A stretch of 62,269 nt of DNA from the NCBI RefSeq assembly GCF_001447785.1, contig NW_015174285.1, positions 300,123-362,391 of the forward strand, written 5' to 3'. Positions 13,510 to 26,060 of this stretch are shown in pieces (positions within the stretch are counted from its first letter, which is position 1; every line of letters starts with the position of its first letter). This stretch comes from Gekko japonicus (lineage: Eukaryota). The position numbers and the translations under genes are program-made. The notes under the pieces are model-generated. The model was not told where the DNA came from. It worked only from the letters and a program-made list of their open reading frames with translations, and did no database searches.

Positions 13510-14580
13510 GAGCCTGTATGCATACCTCTAGCTACCACTCCAACCACAGCACACAATTCATTGTCTATCGCCAAGCCCTATGCTATATAGTCGCATCTGC
13601 TCCAACCCCTCAGAAAGAGATATTCACTGGAAGGATCTACCACGGGCATTTTTGCAACTACAATATTTTCCCAGTATGGTGAGAAAGATGATTGGAAAGG
13701 CCAGAATGATACCCAGGGACAACTCGCTACAAGACAGGCCCAAAGAGAATGACAACAGAACACCACTGGTGGTCACATACAGCTCACAACTCATGACAAT
13801 TCAATGTATTATTAACGACCTACAACCCATGCTGGATAGTGACACTTCCCTCACACAGGAACTGGGGACCTGGCCTTTTCTTGCTTACAAACAGCCTGCT
13901 AACTTAAAACAATTTATCACCCACAATGATAAACTACTTATCAGTAACATGGACTCTGGTACCAAGGCCTGCAACAAACCAAGTTGCCAACTTTGCAACA
14001 CCATCAGTGGACCCAGCAACATCAGCCATACCATCTCAGGTTCATACTCCTGATCATCCTCAAATGTGATTTATGCCATCACATGTCAGCAATGCCCTTC
14101 CATCTTCTATATTGGACGATGGACATAAGTCTGACATTAGAAACCATAACATTAAAAAAAAAACAGTGGGGGGACATTTTAACCTTCCAGGACATTCAGT
14201 TGGTGACTTAAGAGTATCAATTCTCTTACAAAGGAATTTCAAATGGAGATTAGAAAGAGAGACTGCTGAATTGCAACTGATAATTAAATTCCAGACAATG
14301 CATCCTGCTGGACTGAATCAAGACCTAATCTTCCTGTCTCATTACCAATGCCGGCCACATGACCACGGAAACGTCTTTGGACAGCGCTGGCTCTTCGGCT
14401 TTGAAACGGAGATGAGCACCGCAACCCTAGAGTCGGTCTCGACTGGCTTTCAAGCAAGGGAACCTTTACCTTTACCTTTAACCTACCCCTCTGCATATCA
14501 CACCTAATCCAATCATGCCTGCTATTGTCATTTGCCTGCTATTGCCATTTGGCATCTGAAATCACTCCACTCTCCAAGAC
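13510..14580 (+). mobile_element. Penelope-like element remnant (C-terminal RT/thumb, GIY-YIG endonuclease), frameshifted
   Basis: Fragments SIVYRQALCYSRICS, RTPLVVTY, PFLAYKQPANLKQ, CNKPSCQLC, SSNVIYAITCQQCPSIFYIG, VGGHFNLPGHSVGDLRV and RETAELQLIIKFQTMHPAGLN are typical vertebrate Penelope motifs. Confidence 0.9.
14351..14481 (+). mobile_element. Sauria SINE 3' part inserted in Penelope
   Basis: ggccacatgaccacggaaacgtctttggacagcgctggc...gggaacctttacctttaccttt (ACCTTT)n tail. Confidence 0.85.
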
Positions 14581-14961
14581 ATAAGGACCAAGCACTTTGC
14601 ACATTGATGGTGCTAGCAACAAAACTGCATCACCCTTGACAGAGAAAAAGCTCTCCTCAAAGGGCAGGTTCTTTTGAACAACTGTCCCATAGCAAATGCT
14701 GAAACACTGGACAAAGTGCATCCACATGAATGCGCTGCCATCATGTTATGAAAATGTGGAAAATGTTAAAAGCCACTAAGGGTAAACAGCCCTGGAAAAT
14801 GATAGAATAGGCATTAGTGAATCTTTACAAAGTCAGAAGATTTTTTATTTACTGGTGACTTCCTGATTTTTCCATCTTTTAATTTTTTTTAGGTAATGCA
14901 ACATTCCAGCTTTGGTTCCACTCCCCCCCCCTCAATTTAATGCTTACATTGCTAGAAATCA

Positions 14962-14963
<2 letters not shown>

Positions 14964-15001
<38 letters not shown>
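14964..15001. repeat. (CA)n microsatellite
   Basis: Direct reading. Confidence 0.95.
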
Positions 15002-15127
15002 ATCAGCACTATATAAGAATGGTGCTCTAGTATGAGAATATCAATAGATTTCAGAGAGTTTTTACAGTATACAGAGCTTAATGCAAACATTTTTTTAAAA
15101 TCTTATTTACAGATTTTATTTTATGAA

Positions 15128-15355
15128 ACAGTGTGGTGTAGTGATTAGAGTTTCAAACTCTGGGAGACCCAGCTTCGAATCTCCACTCTATCAAGGAAGC
15201 TTACTGGGTCACCTTGGGCCAGTCACTTACTCTCAGCATAACCTGTGTCACAGGATAGTTGCGAGAATAAAATGGAAAAGAGGAGAACAATGTAAGTTGC
15301 TTTGGGTCCCCACTAGGGAGAAATACAGAGTATAAATGAAGTAAATAAATAAATT
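15128..15355 (+). mobile_element. Old Squam3/MIR-like SINE
   Basis: A box tggtgtagtg, B box cttcgaatc, (TAAA)n tail. Confidence 0.75.
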
Positions 15356-15419
15356 TATAATACCAAGTATTTTAAAGTGACAGCTTTTATACTTAGCTAG
15401 AATACACTATTTGCATTAA

Positions 15420-17945
15420 TGCCTAAGAATACCAGCATTGCATGGAGGCTCTTGTGTGTTTACTGTGGGGAGGGGAGATCCCTCATATCCATGCACCGCC
15501 TTGAATGGGGATAGTCCAGTGGCACTGTGGACTGAGTTGTTGTAACTGTATTCTGCATAGGAAAGGAGGTCGGCCCAGTCATCCTGCTGGTAATTGGTGA
15601 AACATCTAAGGAACCGCTTGACCATCAGTCTCTGAGTGGTGAGCACTGCTGAGATCTTGTTCTATTCCCAAATCCTGCATCAACTCCTTCCAAAATTTAG
15701 CCACAAATTGCAAACCCCAATTAGATATGATCTTTCGGGGAAGGGAATGCAAATGTATGATGTGATGCATAAACAGCTTAGCTAGTGCTTTGGCCAAAGG
15801 TAACTGCTTACAGGGGATGAAATGTGCCTGTTTTGAGAACAGGTCAACCACCACCCATATAACAGTCTTGCCTTTGCTAGGTGGCAGATCAGTTATAAAA
15901 TCCTTCAAAATAACAGCCCATGGCCTCTCGGGGGTCTTGAGGGGTTGTAACGTCCCGGAAGGCTTCCCTGGCCTTCATTTCCCCATTAGGCACGTTTGGC
16001 AAGTGCTCACATACTGGGAAATGTCAGGCCTCATGCGGGGCCACCAGAATTGTCTCTGGAGGAGATGCAGGGTTTTCAGGTAACCATAGTGCCCCACCAG
16101 TTTATTTTCATGCCCCAAGTGTAGGAATTCCCCCTGCAAAGTCTTAGGCGCGAAACAGCCTCCCTCCCCGGCACAAGCAGCCATCCCCCCATTGCTCAAG
16201 TGAGCCATCTTGTTGAAGTTCCTGCATGTCTCCCTTTGTGATAGCCATTTTAAATTTGTAAAATCATGGGTCAGTGTCGAGAGGGCCCCCCCTAGCTGGG
16301 AAGGCATGAACATAAAGTCTACCACCTCTACCCTTTGACTGGCGTGTTGTGGAAGGCAGGACAAAGCATCAGCCAGGAAATTTGACTTCCCAGGGAGGTG
16401 CTGGAGGGTGAAGTGAAAACTAGAGGAAAAACTCCACCCACCTGAGTTGCTTGGCACTCAAGCGCCTGGGCGTGCACAATGCTTCCAGATTTATATGATC
16501 AGTCCACACTTTGAATGGCACCCTAGCCCCCTCTAACCAATGTCTCCATGTAATGAGGGCTAGTTTAATAGTGGCTGCTTCCTTGTCCCAAACAGCCCAG
16601 TTATGCTCTGCAGAGGATAATTGTTTGGACACGTAAGCCAGGGGATACAACTTCCCATCCTCCCCATGTTTGGCAGGTGCTCACATACTGGGAAATGTCA
16701 GCCCTCATGCGGAGCCACCAGAATTGTCTCTGGAGGAGATGCACAGGTCAATTTAGTAGTTGGTTTGCTGCCATCCAGCCCTTTCCCCTTTGTTTTTAAT
16801 AAATCAGTAAGGGGGAGAGCAATTTGGGTGAAATTTGGGATGAATGCGTGGTAGAAATGTACAAACCCAAGGAATGACTGTAGTTGGCGCTGGGTTCGAG
16901 GGGGTTCTCAACCCAGCACATCCTGTACTTTTTTGGGGCCCATCCCCAGCCCCTCTCCCAAAATCCAGAAACCCAGGAAGTCCAGCTCCTCTTTGTGGAA
17001 CTCACACTTGGCAAAAAGTGGTGCCTGTAGAGTGTCTCTAGCACTTCCCTGATGAGGTTCCTGCATGTCTCCCTTTGTGATAGCCATTTTAAATTTGTAA
17101 AATCATGGGTCAGTGTCGAGAGGGCCCCCCCTAGCTGGGAAGGCATGAACATAAAGTCTACCACCTCTTCCCTTTGACTGGCATGGCGCACGTGTGAGTC
17201 ATCTCGTGAATAAATGAAGATATCATCTAAATAAACAAGCACCCCCTTGTACCAATGCTGGTGCAATACTTCATTGATCAAGTTCATGAACACTCCCAGG
17301 ACCCCCGCTAACCCGAAAGGCATCACGAGGTACTCAAACTGACCCAGCAGGGTACTGAAAGCCATCTTATGCTAGTCCCCCTCTTGGATGTGCACTCTAA
17401 AATAGGCCTCTCGCAGATCCAGTTTGGTAAAAATGCGTCCCTGAGAGGTCTCAGCCAAGATGTCCTTAATCAGTGGGAGGGGGTAGGCACTGGACATAAA
17501 TACAGCATTCAAGCCCCGATAGTCTGTGCACAGCCTCAAACCCCCATCCTTCTTTTTCCGGAAGAGCACCGGGTTGACAAATGGGGAGGAGGCTGGACAG
17601 ATAAACCCCTGAGCCAAATTTTTATCCACAAACTTGTGCAACTCCTCCTTCTCGGCTGGGCTCATTGTATACAACTTCCCTTTGGGCATCTTGTGCCCCG
17701 GTAAAATTTCAATAGCACAGTCTGTTTCATGGGGGGTCCGCTCATTCGCTTCCTCCTCCTCAAATACCTTGGCCACGTCTCTGTACTCAGGAGGGATTAG
17801 GTCAAGCTCCCCCCTGCACTAGACACATCCGCTCTGGGACAATAGTTGGTGCCTCCCCCCACTCGGGATTTCACCCATGGGCCTTACACCGGGGGTCCAT
17901 GAAATGCAAAACTCCCCAGTTCCACTGTACATACGGGTCATGGTC
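15420..17945 (-). mobile_element. Decayed Ty3/gypsy pol remnant (RT-RNaseH-integrase order), no LTRs seen
   Basis: RT: LRLCTDYRGLN, FTKLDLREAY, MPFGL, YLDD. RNaseH: YVSKQLSSAEHNWAVWDKE, VWTDH, NFLADALS. IN: H..GH..FWWP..C..C, DFITDLP, VVVDLFSK, HSETDGQ. Many frameshifts. Confidence 0.92.
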
Positions 17946-18137
17946 CTGGAGCCAGAGGAAGAATGTCTGTGAATGAAATGAGTGTGTTCATCTAGGGACT
18001 TGTCAAGACAGAGGAAGAGGAGTTGGTTGAGTTGATTAAGAGTAATAACAATCAGATATTGACTCACAAGTACAACTGGACTATAATATATTTGAAAAAA
18101 CGTTTATTGAAACAGAATAATTACAGGCACTATATGT

Positions 18138-18440
18138 TGTTTGTTGTTGTTCAGTCGCACAGTGAGTCCGACTCTTCATGACCCCATAGACCACATCATA
18201 CCAGGCCCTTCTGTCTTCCATTGTGCTCCAGAGTTTGCTTAATTTCATGTTCGTTGCATCTATAACCCTGCCTAACCATCTCATCCTTTGCCGTCCCCTT
18301 CTTTTTCCTTCAATCTTTCCCAACATCAGGGTCTTCTCCAGTGAGTGCTCTCTTTTCATTTGGTGGCCAAAGTATTTGAGCTTCAGCTTCAACATCTGGC
18401 CTTCCAGGGAGCAGTTAGGGTTGATTTATTTTAGGATTAT
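18138..18440 (-). mobile_element. BovB/RTE LINE 3' end
   Basis: ORF LKLKLKYFGHQMKREHSLEKTLMLGKIEGKRRGRQRMRWL and (CAA)n tail. Confidence 0.92.
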
Positions 18441-18642
18441 ATGTTGTACAAATAGTCAATGTGAAGAAAAATTAATTAATTCCCTTAAAAGTGATTTTGA
18501 CTTTGTATATTAACTTTGTATATTGACTTTGTATATTGTATATTAAAGATATAGTAGCAGCCAATTTATAATTTATCTGCATTACACACTGTATTCCTAT
18601 TATTATTTGCTACTATTCAACAGCAGTAACCCTATGAAAACT

Positions 18643-18870
18643 AGTGTGGTGTAGCAGTTAGAGCTTCAGAGTAGGGTCTGGGAGATGCAGGTTCAAATCC
18701 CCATCTTGCTGTGGAATATCACTAGGTGATTATGGATCAGTCACTTACTTTCAGCCTAACTTACTTCACAGGATTGTTGTGCAGATAAAAAGGAGAAGAC
18801 AGTAATGTAAGCTGCTTTTGTCCCCAGTGTGGGGGGAAATGGGGTATAAATGAAGTAAATAAATGATAAA
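18643..18870 (+). mobile_element. Old Squam3/MIR-like SINE
   Basis: A box tggtgtagcag, B box ggttcaaatcc, taaataaa tail. Confidence 0.75.
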
Positions 18871-18874
18871 TACA

Positions 18875-19727
18875 GCTGAAGATGGGAGGCAGATAAAAGG
18901 TAGGTTGGTGGATGGTTGAGAAGGAGAGAATGGGGCAGGAGATTATATGGGGCATCCAGGAGGAAGGAAAGAGGAAATAGTGTGTGGGGGGGGAATTGAG
19001 GGGAAAGTGAGATGCCAACCCCTGAGTCCTTGAAGGTTCCCTGACATGCAAGAGGGCCTGCCCAGTGGCCACACAACTGGGCCACAGTTTTCCTTCGTAG
19101 AGGCCACTGTGGGGGGAAGGGAAAGCTTAAGCAGTGGGGCAGATAAAGGTAGGCTGGCTGTTGCATGGGAAGGAGATAGGGTTGCCAGCTCCAAGTTAGG
19201 AAATTCCTGGATATTTGGGGGGTGGAGCTTGGAGACAGTTAGTTTTGAGGAGGAGAGGGACCTAAGAGGGGTATAATGCCATAGACTCTATCCACCAAAG
19301 CAGTCATTTCCTTCAGGGGAACGGAGGTGGGGGCTGATCACCCAGAATTACAACTGCTGTCCAGTTGACACAGATCAGCTCTCCTGGAGAAAATAACTGC
19401 TGTGGAGGATGGACTCTATGGCATTATACCCTGCCATAATGTCGCTTCCCTCCCCAAACCTCATCCTCCCAAGGGTCCACTCCCAAATCTCCAGGAATTT
19501 CCCAGCCTGGAGCTGACAACTCTAAAGGGGAACTGATCTCTTAGTTGGGAGCTCTGTTGTGATTCCAGGAGATTTCCATGCCCCACCTGGAGGCTGGCAA
19601 CCCTAGAAGGAGGGAAAGAAGCAAGAAAAGGGGAGAGGCTATGGGGGCATTCAGGAAAGGTATATAGGAAATAGTGTGGGAGGGGGAAATGAGATGTCTC
19701 CAGCAAGTTCTTGCAGGTTCCCACTTG
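18875..19727 (+). mobile_element. Probable old non-autonomous Helitron remnant
   Basis: 3' end ccagcaagttcttgcaggttcccacttg|t resembles the hairpin+CTTG|T end of the young Helitrons at 39646 and 57107. Internal repeat at 18973-19043 vs 19667-19722. Confidence 0.4.
19177..19605. mobile_element. Non-autonomous hAT MITE (TAGGGTTGCCA TIR)
   Basis: TIRs tagggttgccagc / gctggcaacccta. 8-bp TSD GAAGGAGA/GAAGGAGG. Confidence 0.85.
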
Positions 19728-21028
19728 TACTCATATAAATGTCAAGACACTCAAAAGGGGTGTGCATAGCTATCTAACTTGCCAGCTTTTGCAGTTATAG
19801 TAAGGAAACTGCTCTGCAGCTTTAAAATTGTCTTTGTTTTTTACATTTCTATATAATTTTTTCCCAAAGTTGCTCAGACTGGCATACACAGAATCTATCC
19901 TTATACCAACCCTGTAAAGTAGATTAAGCTGAAATAATGTGATTCGGCCAAGTAAGCTTTATGATACTAAGTAGAGTATTTCCCTACTTAGATGTAGTCA
20001 TAGACACAGGCACAAAAAAGCAAAGATTTTAACACTCAAATCTACAACGATATGATTTTGTCTAAGACAGAAGCTTCACCTTATCTGTCTAAACTAAAAC
20101 TAAGAAGCTTCACCTTATCTGTCAAATCCCCCAAGCGTATTGTAAACTCACTCAAGCTTTAAAAATATCTGGCAGATTGGTCTATAAATTTTTGGACCAG
20201 GTACCAAATTTGAAAGGACATAAAATCTATGAGTTCATATGCACAACTCCTTGGATCAATGCCAGGGACAAATGAAGCCATCAGTTTAAAGAACATTATT
20301 GAATATATTATTAGGATATACTTCCTAATGGTTCCTCTACCCTACTTTTGACATAGGGTTTTTCTGCATGGGCGGTTTTTGTTGGTTCTGGCCCCAAACT
20401 GCTTCAGGTGTTCCCCTCCCCCAATTTCTGCACATGTTTAAATCCCTATAGGGTTCGCTTTGGGTTTTCTGTGTTTTTTCTCGTGTAGTTTTTAGAGCAT
20501 TTTACTGCAGTAGTTCTTTTCAAGCCAATTTGAAGTGGCTTTTTCTCCTCATGCATAATGCTCCAATTCTTTTTTTCTTCCTGCCCACCAATACCCTCCA
20601 TCAATCCATGCCCTCCTGCATATCCCTCATATCCCTCCCTCTTCCTCTCCCCTTCCCTTCACCCACTGCTGTCACCATTTTAAAAAAGAATTGTTAATTT
20701 CAGCACATTAGGGATCGATCTCTAACCCCCTTTCCCCCTATACTTGGCACCAGCATGAATGCTGTCACTGAAGAGGGTTTTTTTAAAAAAAATCAGCAGA
20801 ATAGCATTTGGGTGCCCCCCCCATAATAGAATTGTCATGTAGTGTCACAACAACTTCTGTGCAGTTCTAGGCCATGCAATTGTCTCTTTTGAAGACCTTA
20901 AGAGTTGTGTTTAGGAGAAGTGCCATTCTCCCTGCCCCTTTTCTGCTCATTGATTTAGAGTCATATCTACTCTCAATATTAATGCACGGTGTAGTCTTGT
21001 TTTTGTGTGGTTCATTTTTCCATGATGG

Positions 21029-21511
21029 TGTAAGGAAGACACCAACTTGTCTGTAAAACAGCAACACTGTAGAACTGAAGCACAGCAGGAGGGGGAGGAT
21101 CGACCTTGCAAGTCTTTACAAGAACTGTCCGGTTCTCAGCTTTGCAAGAGCCCCACAGCTGAGATATCTTAATTGACAACTGCACTGGAGACAGGGAGGG
21201 GCAGCATCTTAACAGGTCCTTCCAAAGATAAAATAGCAAAAAGGTGTGGGGGGGAAGCAGTGTACGTCTGGTGGGCAGGATGTTTTCCTACCTTGTGGAG
21301 TCATTGTAAGTTCCAGTTGATTTTAATTACTCTTTGTATTTTGGCAACCCCCTGAAGGACATGGAATTTCCTTTTTTCCTTGAAGTACTGTTAATTGAGG
21401 TTGCCTTTTCTGTTTTTTGATAATAAAAACACTTTTGCCTGATTTGCCGAACCGGAGTGTAGACCCTGAAGTTGGGTATTCTGGCAGAGAACCCAAAGCC
21501 TGTGTCTTACA
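21029..21511 (+). repeat. 5' LTR
   Basis: tgtaag...cttaca with internal AATAAA. About 20 mismatches to the 3' LTR by eye. Confidence 0.95.
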
Positions 21512-21595
21512 TGGTGGCATGGTGGGCTGGCTCTAAGCTTAAAGTTCAAACAGGCAATAAGGTGAAAGAAGGCTATCCAGGAGGACTGCTGATCC

Positions 21596-22303
21596 ATGGA
21601 TTATTCGGAAGGGACATTATGTAACATGGGTCCAGTTCTGGCCTCAGTAGGATTAGAAGGATCCTTTTACCAGGAAGAGCCCTTTCGAAGATACTCCTCT
21701 GAGAAGGTATTTGATATGAGACTAATTCTAGAGGAGTGTAATGATAATGAAGTTGCCTTGAGGAGGAGGGTCTCACAACCGAAAACAGATGTGAAAGCTT
21801 AGCAAACAGGAGTACAGAATGATAAGGGAGCAGAATGATAAGAGAGCAGATGCGGCAGTGAAGGCAGATGCGGCTCCAGTGGAAGGGCAACTAGTTGACC
21901 CAGTGCAGCAGTTATGTACTCTGATGACCCAGCTCCTCAGGCAAAATGGGCAGCAGATGAATATGATGCAACAGCATCTAATAGGCAATCAAGGAGACAG
22001 ATGGACAAAGTTAAAGTTCCCTGAGTTAAGACCTGGAGATGATGTAGCAACATTTTTGCTTTATTTGAAGCCTAAGCACAGGATTACCACTTGCCAGACA
22101 CTGAATACATAGCAGCTCTGCACAGGTGCTTGCATGGGGAGGTTGCAGAGTTACTCACACAGCTTGCCCCCCAGCAAGCAAGGAACTACTCTTATTTTAA
22201 GCAGCTAGCTCTGCGGCAGTTTGGACTTTCAACAGAGCAACTTCGGCAAAACTTTCGTCAGGCAGCTCCTAAACCGAAGGAATCTTACAGCTCATTTGTC
22301 AGC
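21596..22303 (+). pseudogene. gag remnant with a SCAN-like capsid C-terminal domain
   Basis: KLKFPELRPGDDVATFL..FE, then YSYFKQLALRQFGLSTEQLRQNFRQ..PKESYSSF. Contains a stop and a frameshift, and runs into an N gap. Confidence 0.75.
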
Positions 22304-22824
22304 NNNNNNNNNNNNNNNNNNNNNNNNNNNNNNNNNNNNNNNNNNNNNNNNNNNNNNNNNNNNNNNNNNNNNNNNNNNNNNNNNNNNNNNNNNNNNNNNN
22401 NNNNNNNNNNNNNNNNNNNNNNNNNNNNNNNNNNNNNNNNNNNNNNNNNNNNNNNNNNNNNNNNNNNNNNNNNNNNNNNNNNNNNNNNNNNNNNNNNNNN
22501 NNNNNNNNNNNNNNNNNNNNNNNNNNNNNNNNNNNNNNNNNNNNNNNNNNNNNNNNNNNNNNNNNNNNNNNNNNNNNNNNNNNNNNNNNNNNNNNNNNNN
22601 NNNNNNNNNNNNNNNNNNNNNNNNNNNNNNNNNNNNNNNNNNNNNNNNNNNNNNNNNNNNNNNNNNNNNNNNNNNNNNNNNNNNNNNNNNNNNNNNNNNN
22701 NNNNNNNNNNNNNNNNNNNNNNNNNNNNNNNNNNNNNNNNNNNNNNNNNNNNNNNNNNNNNNNNNNNNNNNNNNNNNNNNNNNNNNNNNNNNNNNNNNNN
22801 NNNNNNNNNNNNNNNNNNNNNNNN
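22304..22824. other. Assembly gap (N run) covering the gag end/protease region
   Basis: N characters. Confidence 1.
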
Positions 22825-22829
22825 CCAGG

Positions 22830-24640
22830 CAGCAACTTTGGGGGAACAGCGGGGAGGAAAGGAAAAAGAGATGAGAGGGAGTGGAGATGAGCAGTTAATT
22901 CAAAGGGATGAGCCTTTTCTTGTAAGCACAGACCCAGTAGTTTACAAACAGGAGTTAAAGGAATGCCAGTCCTTTAAAGAGTGCAGAGAAGCAGTAGGGG
23001 AAAACAAGACTGCACCGGACAAGCTGGGAGACACCAGGTTTGTTTGGGTAAATGGACTACTATATAGGGTATATATGCCTAAAAAAAGCAGCTCCAATTT
23101 TGGGCCTGGAAAACAGCTATTAGTCCCAGAAAAATATAGAGAGGAAATCTTAAGAGTTGGGCATGATTTACCATTGACAGGCCACCTTGGGTTTAAGAGG
23201 ACGCTGGCTAAAATCAATTCGGTCTTTTATTGGCCTGGCATACATAGGGATGTGAAAAGGTATGTTGCTGGGTGTGAAGTCTGTCAGAAGAGTGACTATG
23301 CTTCTGATCACACAAAGGTTCCCTTAGGAGAAATTCCAGTAGTTCAGACCCCCTTTTCTGAAATTCAAATTTATCCCCTCTAAGTCCGGAAAGAAATTTA
23401 TTTTAGTGATCATTGATAGGGCAACTTGCTTCCCGGCAGCCATACCGCTGAGATGTCCCTTTAAGATGCAGGTCTGACAAACAGCCAGCTGGCAGCAATT
23501 ATGGGCTTTAGATATGTATAAGTAAATAGGAAGAATGAATTGACATTACACTGATGGATTTTGAAGAATGTCACTATGAAATACTACCAGTGAGTTTGTT
23601 AAATGGATTAATCTTGTAAGTATGTTATATAACAGTCAGTTGTTTGTACAGCCTTGTGCTATTTTCTTGCTAACATTAATACTAATAATAGAATTATATA
23701 TTTTTGTAATTAAATGTAGGTATTTCAACGTTATTCACTTTGACAAAGTTGTACACGAAACGAGATGATATGCATGATCCATTGGTGTTGATGGCGTTTG
23801 AATTGCATCCAGTAAACTGAATATTGGAAAAAGAAATTTCTAGTCTTTGGAGACTTTTGTGGCATAATATATCACGGTTGTTTATTTCCTTTTCCACATA
23901 CCGCTGAGAACAGCTGATGCGTTAAGCATTGCCAAAGAGGTGTTGGAATTTTGTGCTGCCTATGGGTTTCCTAGAGTAGTGACGTCAGATCAGGGCACCG
24001 TGTTTGTGAGTAAAGCGATGCAGAAGCTGTATGATCTAGCAGGAGTGACGCAAAAATTAAGTGTAGCTTACCATCCCCAGTTGCATGGGCAGGTCGAAAA
24101 GTGGGGAGGAACTCTTACCCGTATGTTAAGGGCTTTTTGCGCAAAACATCAAAGGAACTGGGATGAGTTCCTACCATTCTTGGTAAGTGCATATAGGGAA
24201 GCGATACACCCCTCGTTGGGAGGGTACTAGCCCAATGAGATGGTATTTGGGAGAAAGCTGCCTGGAGCTCTGGAACTGTTGAGAGTGAGCTGGGAAGGGG
24301 TTTGGACCTCAGAGATGCCTCAGCCTGCTGCAGAGTATTTTGCGAATCTACAAAGGGTCTTGCAGAGTGTAAGACAAACAGCTCATGAAGTGATGGCAGA
24401 GGCCAGGCAAAAGCAGAAACAGCACTTTGATAAATCAGCCAGTTTCAGGCAGCTACAGGAGGGAGACCTCGCTTTGTTGCTGAAACCAGAAGGGCTGGGA
24501 AATTAGATGTGAGGCGGAGTAGGCCATTCAAGGTAGTGAAAAGTTGTGGTGATGGAAATTACCAAGTGGAGGATCCAAAAAGAGGGACCTTGTTGGTTCA
24601 CATTAATCGGCTAAAATTTTTTGTCAGGCATGAGGTACAG
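22830..24640 (+). pseudogene. Integrase remnant (H2C2, DDE core, GPY/F-like C-terminus), interrupted by a 443-bp insertion
   Basis: GHDLPLTGHLG..FYWPG..C..C; ILVIIDRATCFPAAIPLR|TADALS..GFPRVVTSDQG; YHPQLHGQVEK; RPFKVV..LVHINRLK. Confidence 0.9.
23454..23896. other. 443-bp AT-rich insertion of unknown origin in the integrase
   Basis: Flanked by a perfect 13-bp duplication CATACCGCTGAGA (23441-23453, 23897-23909). The integrase reads through once the insert and one duplicate are removed. Confidence 0.85.
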
Positions 24641-24739
24641 CAATTGTCAGTGGAAAGTTGGACTGAGGAAGATTTTGACATCCCTGATTTAGTGGCAGAG
24701 AGTGGAAAGAGAGAGGGACTGGGAGAAATTCCCATTAAT

Positions 24740-26060
24740 GAGACGCTGACAGTAGAACAGCAAAGGCAATTGAAGGAGGTGTTACAAGATTTTGCAACCC
24801 TGTTCACAAACTGCCCAGGGAGAACTGATTTGATCAGTCATGATTTAGATACAGGGGAACATCCACCAATCAAGTGCAATCCATATCCCATCAGAGGGCC
24901 AATGAGGGAGGTAGTGAGGCAGGAGATACAGCAAATTCTCAAGATGGGAGTTATAGAACCTAGCACTTCTGAGTGGAGCAGTAATCTTGTGATAGTTCCA
25001 AAAAAGAAGCTGCATGAAGGAGACCCCCCAGAATACCGATTGTGCGTAGACTATAGAAGGTTGAACCAATTGTGTAAAACAGATCAATACCCAGCACCAA
25101 ACATAGAGGAGGTCCTGGAAAGGATTGCAAGTGCAGAGTACTCACATCCGGGTTTTGGCAGTTACCACTAACAGAAAGAGCTAAGGATAGAACAGCCTTT
25201 TCATGTTTTATGGGGCAAGTTTGCTTCAACGTGCTCCCATTTGGAGTCAACTCGGCCAGCAAGGTGTTCCAGAGACTAATGGACAAAGTGCTACAGGGAT
25301 TAGATTTCGCAGGGAGCTACCAGGATGATATTCCAGTGATCAGTTCATCTTGGTGACAGCATTTAGACCATCTAAGGCCCCGTTCACACGAGGCGATTTG
25401 GCCCGGGAGCGGGACAGTTCGGGGGCGGGTCAAAAGGATTAACCATTAAGCCTTCGAAATGCCAAATAGCTAATAGCTCAGTTGTATACTTAGGCCACCA
25501 AATAGGGAGAGGGAGGATAGCACCACACACGGCAAAAGTAGATATGATTGTTAATTGGCCGATTCCAACTACCAAGAAGCAAGTGCCCTGGACACCTGAG
25601 TGTCAAAGAGCCTTCGATATATTAAAGAGGAGGCTTGTAGAAGCCCCAGTCCTTAAACCACCAGACTACTTCCAGGAGTTCATTGTGCGCACTGATGCCA
25701 GCCGGTATGGCTTGGGCATGGTTCTATTGCAGAAAGGGCAAGATGACTGCCTCCATCCGGTAGTATGCCTGAGTCGCAAGCTACTGCCCAGAGAGCAGAA
25801 ATACAGCGTTATTAAGCAGAAAACTTTGGGAGTGGTATGGGGGCTAAATAAACTTAAGACATATCTGAGGGGGGTACACTTTCAGTTGGAGACAGATCAT
25901 AGTCCATTGGTCTTCATCCACAAGATGAAAGAAACTAACACCAGGATTCTGAGATGGGCGTTGTCCCTACAAGATCTCTCATTTGATGTTAAACATATTA
26001 AGAGAAAATAAAATGTATTAGCTGACTCCCTCTCAAGGTGCTTTGCTGAGGCGGAGTAAA
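24740..26060 (+). pseudogene. Reverse transcriptase and RNase H remnant
   Basis: PIKCNPYP, SEWSSNLVIVPKK, RLCVDYRRLN, LPFGV, YQDD (mutated YxDD), IVRTDAS, LETDH, RWALSLQ, NVLADSLSR. Confidence 0.92.

Noticed and set aside
15420-17945. Domesticated gypsy gene (RTL1/PEG10-like)
   Set aside because: Multiple frameshifts, deletions and rearrangements; no intact ORF.
20070-20123. Short direct duplications (also 30228-30265 and 58563-58592)
   Set aside because: Ordinary local slippage duplications with no further structure.
22221-22874. Long ORFs full of X
   Set aside because: Artefacts of the N gap.
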